Source: Prorocentrum cordatum (lineage: Eukaryota). From it: 43,434 nucleotides of DNA. Position numbers and translations under genes: made by a program. Shown here in pieces: positions 35,241-43,434 of the stretch. The stretch spans positions 620,001-663,434 of the forward strand of contig CAUYUJ010000248.1 of the NCBI GenBank assembly GCA_963575745.1, given 5' to 3'. Positions within the stretch are counted from its first letter, which is position 1. Each line of letters begins with the position of its first letter. The notes beneath the pieces are model-generated. The model was not told the origin of the DNA. It searched no databases and saw only the letters and a list, made by a program, of their open reading frames with translations.

Positions 35241-37888
35241 CGCAGGCATGGGTTGAACCTCGACTGCGCAACGCGATCTGCACCATATATACAGATTTGA
35301 GCACACACGCGCCACATCAATCACACTCCGGTGATCGCACAACATATGCTGCACAACGTAGATTGCGCAGCATACTTTACACAAACTAGATCACACAGCG
35401 TATGTAGCGCAACATACACTGCGCAGCACAAATCGCCCCCCCATACATTTGTTTTGTGTGTATATATACAGATATATATATATATACATACACCATGCTG
35501 ACACCATGCTGTTATGGAAAGACAATTCCTGGAAGGGTTGTCCAAGGGGGTTGTCCGGGGGAAGGGTCCGGTTTCTCGCGAGGTTGTCCAAGGAGTTGTC
35601 TGGGCCGTGCCGGTTTGCCACCGTTCGCTTATGCCTGACTCATCCATATATTCAGAAGCATGCGCGCAGCCCGTCAAACCCAGATGGAACCGGCGCATCT
35701 CTCCTCCTTGTTCGTTCCTCCTCTCTCGCGTCCTCGCGCTCCCGCCCGCACATCCTCATTGATCGTTGTTTCCCACGAAGCGTGGCTGGCTGGAGTCTTG
35801 TAGTTGTTGAAGCTAGTTCCAGCCGCGGGACCAGCGCACAGAGACATGCTCAACATGAGGAGGTTGTCTTGCCACTTTCGTTCGAGACATCCTCGTAACG
35901 CTGGGCTCACGCATGCCCCGATCTGAAGTGTTCCGGCCGGTTTCGCACGCGATGTCTTTGCAAGTCTGGATTCGGAGATGCCGCCCACGAGGTGGTCCGT
36001 TTTCGCAACCTTGGTCCCAGAGATACCCTGACCTCAGGTGGTCCGTGAGAAGACATCCACCGGCGACCCCCACTACCAGGACAAGGCGGGATTGTCCGGG
36101 GGGTTGTCAAGCGGGTTGTCCGGGGGTCGTCCAGGCGCAATTTTCCCAATCCCTCTCTTGGGCCGCCTCATTCTTCAGCCTTCAGCCTTCTCCTCATTCC
36201 TCAGCGTCCGGCCGCTTTCCCTTGCGACATCTTCGCAACTCTGAGCTCGGGGATGGCACGTCCTGACCTGAGGTTGTCCAGCCAGTTTCGCCTGAGACAT
36301 CCCCGAAATTGTGGCTTCTTAGATGCTGCGCGCGAGGTTGTCCAGCCAGTTTTGCCTGAGACTGCCTCGCAACTCTGTGCTCAAAGATGCCCTGACCCAA
36401 GGATGAGCAGACACAGGATTCCCACGGAACCGGGGGAAAGGTGGCGAATGGTGCTGTTGTTGGAGCGCCAGCCAGATCCCTGAACAGGGGTGGTGCACTC
36501 GCCTGACACTGAGCGGTGACTACACTCTCGATTGGGAAGTGAGCCGTCGCCCGAGCACTGGATGTTGCTCTCGCCTGAGCGCCAGTCACATCCCTGATTG
36601 AAAAAGGTTATTTTCTCCAGTGCGCCGGCCACATCCCTGATAGGGGAGGGTGTTCTTGCTCCAGCAGTGGCCACCTTTACATGCTATGGCACTTGAGGTC
36701 TCCATCTCGGCGGGGTTGTCCGGGTTGTCTGGGGAGTTGTCCGTTCTTTGTTGATACGTTTTTTCAATGCGACAGAATACATATGTGTATATATAAATAT
36801 ATACATTTATCGTACCACATAGGTTGCTCCGCATGTATAGCACCACATAGATTGCACATGTGTTGCTTCACACAAGCTGCACACCGTGGAGTGCTATCGA
36901 ACTGCGCTGTTTGGGGTCCACGCCGCAAACGCTTGATCTGGGCGTGTTCAGCTTTTTGCTCCTCCATGTACGCCATCACCGGCGGCTCGCGCACATCAGA
37001 GGAGGGCCATCCGAGCCATCCTCGGCGGTTATCCCCCGGGCGCACCTCGCTCCTGCTTGGGCTCGCCGAGGCTTCCTGCCGCCACGGCCGGATCCTGGCC
37101 GAAAGCAGGTCAGGCTGGGCCGACACACCAAACGTGTCAGCCCGACACGCCAAAAGCGTGCCGCGGCGGTATAGCTGTGCGAAGCTGTCTGGCGGGCGTG
37201 GGCGAACGGAGGACCTGCCCGAAGCTGTCCGCCGGGCGCCCTCGCTCGAAGCCGAGCCAGGCCTCGGGAAGGGTCCGGGGACCCGGGCAGGGCCCAGGGC
37301 AGGGCCGGACCGCCTGTCCGAGCGGGTGTGGACCGGGCGGGAGAGCCGTCGTGGTCTCGGCTGGCCCTCCTACGAGCACTGGAGGGCGGGCCTGGCGCCG
37401 CCGAGGTGTAACAAGCGCGCGGCAGTGGTCTGTGCCACTCTCGGGCACAGCCAGGACCCCAGGTGACGGGACCCGGTCAGTAGCGGGGCCCTGGAGCACC
37501 TAAGTTTGCCAGACTCGCTACACCAGGTCTGCCGTTTAGCTGGTGCCTTTTCGGTTGACGGCTGTTCCGGTTAGTGGAATGGGCGGGGGGGGCGTCCCCC
37601 AACATACATCACTAAACCAGGTCCCACTAAACGTAGTTGTGCCAACGCCCGATATTCCTGCCCTGCGCGCGGGAGGGCGGCAGGTGTTTTGGTTTCCTGC
37701 CAGGCGGTTCCACGCGAGACCTGCCCCGCAAGCACGCGGCCTCGGGGTTTTGTTCCGAAAGCTATCCTGCCGCAGCCCGGCCGGAAGAGTTCAGAAGCCC
37801 CGCAACGGTCGGGCATGCGCGTCGCTCCGCCGGCTCTGGCCCGCCGCGCTCCGGGCCGACGCGCCATCCACTTCCCGGCCAGCCCCTG

Positions 37889-38062
37889 GGAGGAGGAGGA
37901 GGGGAAGGGGGAAGGGGAGGAGGAGGAGGAGGAGGAGGAGGAGGAGGAGGACGCGGAGGAGGAGGAGGAGGAGGAGGAGGAGGAGGAGGAGGAGGACGAG
38001 GAGAACGAGGAGGACGAGGAGAACGAGGAGGACGAGGAGAACGAGGAGGACGAGGAGGAGGC
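37889..38062. repeat. (GGA)n microsatellite grading into an 18-bp unit gaggagaacgaggaggac
   Basis: Directly visible. Confidence 0.9.
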
Positions 38063-39488
38063 AGGTCGCGTGCGCTCCCGAGTCCTGGGTCCTTCCCGGC
38101 CTCCCGCCCCGCGCAGCGGAGCGACATGCAGCCCGTCGTCGGGGCACAGCGTGGCGCCGGGGACGCCGCCGCGACACGCTAAGCAACAGTTCCCCGGACA
38201 GGATCGCGTCGCAAAAAATCAGCCTTTCTTGGCGGGCGGGCGGGTTTTTGGTCAATGTCGGCCTCGGGGGGGGGGCCCTCGCTGGGCCTCGGGACCGTCA
38301 AGAAACGACTCGGGGTGAAAAACGGGTCCCGGGGAGTGGGTCGGGGCTTCCAGGGATAACCCGTCCTGAAAAAGTCAGGACGTCGCATGCCTCGGTCCTG
38401 ACCGCAGAGGTATCAGGAGCGGAAAAAACACACAGACACAATTAATCGTCGACTCCCCAGAAGATATGGGAAAATATGGGAAGTGGGAAGCGGGGGGAAG
38501 ACAACAACATAGAACATATGGGAAAATATTGGGATTTTTTATTTTGTGTGTATTTATTTGTGTGTCCCAGGGCCCCTTCAAGAAACCCCTGCCTTCGCAG
38601 GAGACTGCCCCCCCCCGGGCGCGCTCCCCCTCGCGGGCCGCTGGCCGGAGCTCGCCGCACCCCGCGTCGTCCAGGTTCCTCCGGCCTGCTCCGGCTTCAG
38701 CCGTCGTCTTCATCCTAGCCTTTTGTTTTCGGGCGACTAGAGGGCCCTGCACATGCACCGAAGCTCGGCCAGGCCCATCCTGGGCCCAGGATCGGTGCAT
38801 ATAATATGCATTCCCGGCCACGGCAGGAGGGCGTATGTGCACCGATCCTGGGTCCAGGGTGGGCCTCTGGCCAGATAAGCGGTGCACGTGCAGAGTTCTC
38901 TTCCCCCCATGCTCTGGCGCAGTCCGGCGCAGTGGCCCGTGCATCGGGCCCAGTCGCCCTGAACCCCTTGGCATCGCTCGGACGTGTGCGCTCTGTCCTG
39001 GGCGAGGACCATCGAGGAGCATGTCTCAGGAGGGGAAAAAACACACACAGACACAATTAATCGGCGATTCCTAGAAAATATGGGAAAATATGGGAAGTGG
39101 GCGGGAAGACAAAAACCCAGAAAATATGTGAAAATATTGGGGATAGTTTTGTTTGTGTGTATTTATTTGTGTGTCCCAGTTCCCCTTCAATGTCGGATAT
39201 CCCGGGCGCACGAAATCGAAACAGGCACGGGGCATGGGCGTCCCGTGCGAGGGCGAGCGCTCGCTCTGGAGGAGATCTCCGAGGACCTGCTCCTCAACTC
39301 GACGGCGAGGGAAGGGGGAAATGGTGAGAAGGAGGCCGCTTCCTCGGGAGGCGGCGGGACTTCTCAGAGGCCCTCCTGCCGCCCGACGAGTGCTCCGCGC
39401 CCCCAGGGCAGGCTTGGAACATCAGTTTTCTTGCCAGAAGGCCGGGGGACCTCCGAGCCTTCTGAGGAGGCCCGCCCCTTCTCGCTTT

Positions 39489-39640
39489 CCCTGACCTTCC
39501 AGGAGGGCTAAAAAATAGCACCCGACCTAAAAACCTAGTTATTCCAGAGCTATTCTACGTCTTGGTTTTAGGCTGTTTCGTTCAGTTTTTTAGGTTTTTA
39601 GGCCTCCAGTGCTAAAAAATAGCTCTCTGGAAGGTCAGGG
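39489..39640. mobile_element. Short AT-rich TIR element
   Basis: ccctgaccttccag ... ctggaaggtcaggg, 14-bp perfect inverted repeat; internal direct repeat gctaaaaaatagc. Confidence 0.6.
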
Positions 39641-39710
39641 TTCCCCCCCCCCCATGCTCGCCGCCAACGAACCCCTCCCCCGGTCCGCTGCCCTGTGCGC
39701 GCGCCGCTGG

Positions 39711-39853
39711 CATCCGGCGATGCCTCTCGGACGTCTCGCGGGCCCCCGGGGACCTGCGGCTGCGCGCGCTGCAGAAGGGCAGCCCCGAGGTCGCCGGCAA
39801 GATCCTGGCCGTGCACGGCGCGGACGCGCTGCTGGCAGCGATCGGCTTCCAAG
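39711..39853 (+). CDS. AN1-AN1-PUB protein, PUB-domain exon (not listed in ORF track)
   Basis: IRRCLSDVSRAPGDLRLRALQKGSPEVAGKILAVHGADALLAAIGFQ fits the PUB consensus 'L.k.l.Ni...P...kyR.l...n..f..ki..v.Ga..lL.a.GF'; GC donor at 39854; acceptor non-canonical or uncertain. Confidence 0.75.
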
Positions 39854-40244
39854 GCACGACGAACAACAAGCCGACGTAAAGCATCAGCTTTCGGAGGACC
39901 GAGGCAGATTTCTTGGTTCTGCGCTTCACCCCCGTGTCGGCGGCGATATTCAGACCCTACCCTTGCCGATCGACGATTCAGGCAACCAGAAGAGTGGCGG
40001 GGGTAGGGTCGGGAATGTGCTGACCACGCGGCGAGATCCGAACCCTACCACCGCCCCCTATCGATTCAGGAGAATCGATGGTTGGTGGGGGTATGGTTCG
40101 GATGTCACCACCTACCCCTTGCGGCGCCTCCGGCTCCGCCCCTGGCGCGTGGAGCGCGCCAGGAAGGGGGGCTCAGCGCCGATCCAAGAGATCCGCGCGG
40201 ACCTCCGAGAAGTGATGCCTATGCCGTGTTTTGTTCCTCGAAAG

Positions 40245-40321
40245 ACATGGGATCTACGCTGGAGCTGCCCACGAGCGTGGGCAAGGGGCGAGTGGACATG
40301 GTGCTGCGGTGCTTGTCCTGA
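40245..40321 (+). CDS. AN1-AN1-PUB protein, terminal exon
   Basis: aag| acceptor, phase 1 matches the PUB exon; (D)MGSTLELPTSVGKGRVDMVLRCLS* continues PUB 'GF......L.lp'; stop TGA at 40319-40321. Confidence 0.68.
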
Positions 40322-40808
40322 CGCTGGAAAAGCACAACGCGCGCCCACTAGAAAACAGAAGCATAGCCTGCCAGATGCCCGCGGAATGCGTGGGTTTGCG
40401 CTTGGCACCGTGCACCTGGGCCCCCCGGCAACTTTGGCGCCGCCCTGTGGATCTCCGAAAGTTTGTGTCTAAGGTGGTGCTGAGGTGCTCGTCCTGACCT
40501 CTTGAAATACAGACCAGACCGCCCGCGCCGAGGCAATTGGAAGAGCAGCAGGGGCATCAGTCCGAGTCCGTATCCGGCATCACTCAGGCGAGCGCAGACA
40601 TGGATCAAGAGGGCGTGGATTAGCGACGGGTCCCGTTTCCGTGGGAAATGGCGGATTGCCGCCGCCGGGCGAGGCGGCACCTGCGGCATTTTGGGAAGGG
40701 CACATCCCCCGATCCGTGGATCGCTAATCCATGAATTCGCTAATCCATGTCTGCGCGCCCCCGACTGTGGCACGACTCTCGCTCGGCGTGTTTTCCTGCC
40801 TCCCCCCT

Positions 40809-40918
40809 GAGGAGGAGGAGGTGGAGGAGGGAGGAGGAGGAGGAGGAGGGAGGAGGAGGGTGGAGGAGGGAGGAGGGAGGAGGAGGAGGAGGAGGAGGAG
40901 GAGGAGGAGGAGGAGGAC
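40809..40918. repeat. (GGA)n microsatellite
   Basis: Directly visible. Confidence 0.92.
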
Positions 40919-41112
40919 TCGCATTCCAGATTGTACGCCGCATGGGCGGACCCTTCAGGAATGAGCAGCGGCCGCCGCACGGAGAGGCCAGGGCCCATCC
41001 ACTGTCTCGTCTGGCTCGGCCTGCACGGCGACGGCGGGGTCCCAGGCTTTCTCCTCCGAGAGGGCCTTCTTGTCCAACGCGACAACCAAAGCCAAGGAGA
41101 GGATCAAGGTTG

Positions 41113-41325
41113 GAAAGGATCAGTGCTGGATTTTCTGGCTGCTCCACCTTTTTGCAGTTTGTCGCAAAGGGGGGGGTTCAGGCCCAGGGACAGGATTCTT
41201 TGACACTTTCTCTCCAAATTCCGACGTCTTGAAAGGATCAATGCTAGATGGTCTGGTTGTTCCTACAACTTTGGCAGTTTTTCGCAGGGGGGTCTTCGCG
41301 CCCAGAGACAGGATTAACACTTCCT
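41113..41325. repeat. Tandem duplication, ~118-bp period
   Basis: gaaaggatca.tgct.gat..tctgg.tg.tcc...gacaggatt...acactt at 41113 and 41231. Confidence 0.75.
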
Positions 41326-41427
41326 ATCCTGATGCCTTCAACTCTGGACACGCGCGCCGCCTTCAGGAGGGTATCCGTGACATGAACGCCATGCCGTTCC
41401 GGAGCATGATTGTTGACTCAAGGCTGA

Positions 41428-41597
41428 AGTTGGGCACGTCCCTCTACAGGAGGAAAATTCAAAACGTGTCAAATAATAAACATGCCAAATAATAGTGTGG
41501 GGACAATGTTTCAACTATGTTTGGCTATGTTTGCATATGTTGGGGCTATTCTTCATTTGTCACCCAACATCCGCCTGTAGGAGGACATGCCCGACCT
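41428..41597. mobile_element. MITE family A copy
   Basis: agttgggcacgtccctctacaggagga ... tccgcctgtaggaggacatgcccgacct; ctcaag on both flanks. Confidence 0.8.
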
Positions 41598-41632
41598 AGC
41601 TCAAGCCCGAGATCGAGCCAGCACAAGTCGGG

Positions 41633-41840
41633 ACCAGGGGCCGTCAAACCAATTAGGCCACAGAAAGTCCCAAGTAGCGGTTCCCCCAAGCAAAAATCTT
41701 GCAGGCGTTTTGCTCGGGGGCCCCCCAAATAAGATCGTACCCAGGGGCCGTCAAACAAATCACGCAAAGAAAGTCCCAGGCAGCGGTCCCCCAAACAACA
41801 AAAATCTTGCAGGCGCCATGCTCGGGGCCCCCCACACGAT
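41633..41840. repeat. Tandem duplication, ~107-bp period
   Basis: ccaggggccgtcaaac...agaaagtccca...caaaaatcttgcaggcg...gctcgggg.ccccc occurs twice. Confidence 0.8.
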
Positions 41841-42169
41841 GCGGTGACCACACCGCGTGGTGGGGCAGTGGGGTTTCGGGGTCTCCGCACGAGTTCAGGG
41901 CCCGGGTCGTTTTTCGAGGAGGTCTCGGACGATTAGTGCCTCCTGGGTCCCAAAACCGTGCGGTGGCGGACCGTGCGGTGAGGTCCTTCGGGATTCCGAG
42001 GTCACCGCGCGGTTCGTCACCACACGGCTGTGGCATCCCTCCTGACGTTCTTGCTCTCCCCCGCCGCATGCCGACCGACGCGGCCTGCCCTGTCGTCGCA
42101 GGTGCGCCCTCGAGCCGCTGCGAGGCCGCCTCGCGTAGTGTCGAGAACGGGTGCGCTTATTCCAACAGT

Positions 42170-42300
42170 GGGGGGCCCAAGAATATACACCACCACCACC
42201 TCCCTCACCCCCTCCCTCCCCCAGGAGAGAGCAAAGGACGAGGAGGGTAGAGGAGAGAGGAGGAATCGACGTGGTGGCGGTGTATATTCTTTGGGCCCCC
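42170..42300. mobile_element. Short TIR element
   Basis: gggggcccaagaatatacaccaccaccac ... gtggtggcggtgtatattctttgggccccc. Confidence 0.68.
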
Positions 42301-43049
42301 AAACCGTGCGCAGTTCAGTTGAGCGACGACCGACACTTCGTCCTGGGCCCCGAGGGAGAGACGGGTCCCGAGGTGTCGTCCACAGTCCTCGCGCCCTCGG
42401 GGCCCTCCACGGGCCCCGGGGCGGTCGGCGGAAACGACCCCGGATGGAGGTCGCACTTTGGGAGAATACTCAGAGAAGGAACAGGGTCCCATACCTCTGC
42501 CTCCTCGACCGTTTTCCCCTTCTTGGGCCTCCTTGGAGGCCCTCGTCGCCACCGTCGGATTCGCCTCGAAATCCGGGTCAGAGCGCACCCCAGAGAGGTC
42601 CGGGGGATAGCGGTATCGGCACAGTCGGGGCCCTGAAGAAGGAACCCTTTTCGTTGGGGAGGGGCTCAGTGTTCCTTAGTTGTTTTGCAGTTCGCCTTTG
42701 GTTTTCCTTAGGTTTTTCATAGGGGAATTGAAGTTTAACTTATGGGAAAAGGAGGCCTCGTTCCTTATTGAGGGTTCCTTAGGTCAAGGCCCCGACTGTA
42801 CTTCTTGGTCTCCCCAAAGACCCCAGGGTCCCGGATGCGTTTCCCTCAGGACTCGCTGCCCCAGTGCGAAGGCCACGGGGCCGATGGCTTCGGGCCCCCG
42901 TGGAGCGTGCCGACACGGCCTGGCGCGGCATTCCGACGGCCGAGCCCCTTTCCCCGGAATCGAATCGGTTCCTGCGTGGGCCGAGTCGAGCCGAGTCGAT
43001 TCGCAGGTTCCCGCTCGCGGTTTTAATTTCGAGTTCGCCCGAGCGTTCG

Positions 43050-43262
43050 GGGGCGGAAAAGAGGGGGGTGGTGACTAGGGGGGGGGTGGATAGCATGGCG
43101 GGGGCCATGATATTTCCCCAGAGTTCATGGCGCCTCTTCTTGTTTCATCACGTCCCTGGCCCCCCGCTGGCCTTGCGGCCGAGCACATGCACACGTCACG
43201 GTGAATGATTTGTGCACCCCCATCTCCCCCCCACCTTGGACACCCCCCTCTTGGCCGCCCCC
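43050..43262. mobile_element. MITE family F, copy 2
   Basis: Aligns with 12109-12298; inverted ends. Confidence 0.78.
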
Positions 43263-43434
43263 GAGAGCGCGAGCTTTCAGAGCGCCGCCAGCGGAGCGTC
43301 CTGCTGGGGGCCATGCGGACGCCCCCGGCGGAAGGCGCCCGGCGGGTCTCCCGGGCGGGATTTGGCTCGCAGTGGGCCCCTCCCCCGCAGAGGAGAGCTG
43401 CGGAGAGCCGACGGACAGCCGATGGCGTCCTGAG

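Noticed and set aside
39520..39605. Telomeric TTTAGGG-like repeats
   Set aside because: Only scattered TTTTAGG motifs inside a small TIR element, not a tandem tract.
40502..41492. Missing RPS19 terminal exon or another gene downstream (RQLEEQQG..., DAFNSGHARRLQEG...)
   Set aside because: No convincing match to the eS19 C-terminus or any family I recognise; the segments are interrupted by repeats.

Overview
GC-rich, microsatellite- and MITE-dense eukaryotic genomic DNA. It is almost certainly from a core dinoflagellate: it contains an exact dinoflagellate spliced-leader (DinoSL) sequence, and GC/GA splice donors are common. Three things can be read with confidence. (1) Four small internal exons of ribosomal protein S19 (+; 2058-10620) are separated by 2-3 kb introns; the C-terminal exon(s) cannot be found. 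(2) A full-length, decayed ~6.1 kb non-LTR retrotransposon (-; 16761-22878) encodes a Zn-finger/coiled-coil leader, APE endonuclease, RT, RNase H and a C-terminal Cys-rich region. It is bounded by a 16-bp target-site duplication, and its 5' end is precisely the trans-spliced leader CCGTAGCCATTTTGGCTCAAG. (3) An approximately 8-exon gene spread over 17 kb (+; 23230-40321) encodes a ZFAND2/AIRAP-like double AN1 zinc-finger protein fused to a PUB domain. One of its introns is a whole TIR hairpin (Introner-like), and others are bounded by duplications of exon sequence. The remainder is at least nine dispersed short repeat/MITE families, a ~300-bp MITE-derived tandem array and long simple repeats, which explain nearly all the long low-complexity ORFs in the track. 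All alignments were done by eye, and repeat edges are approximate.
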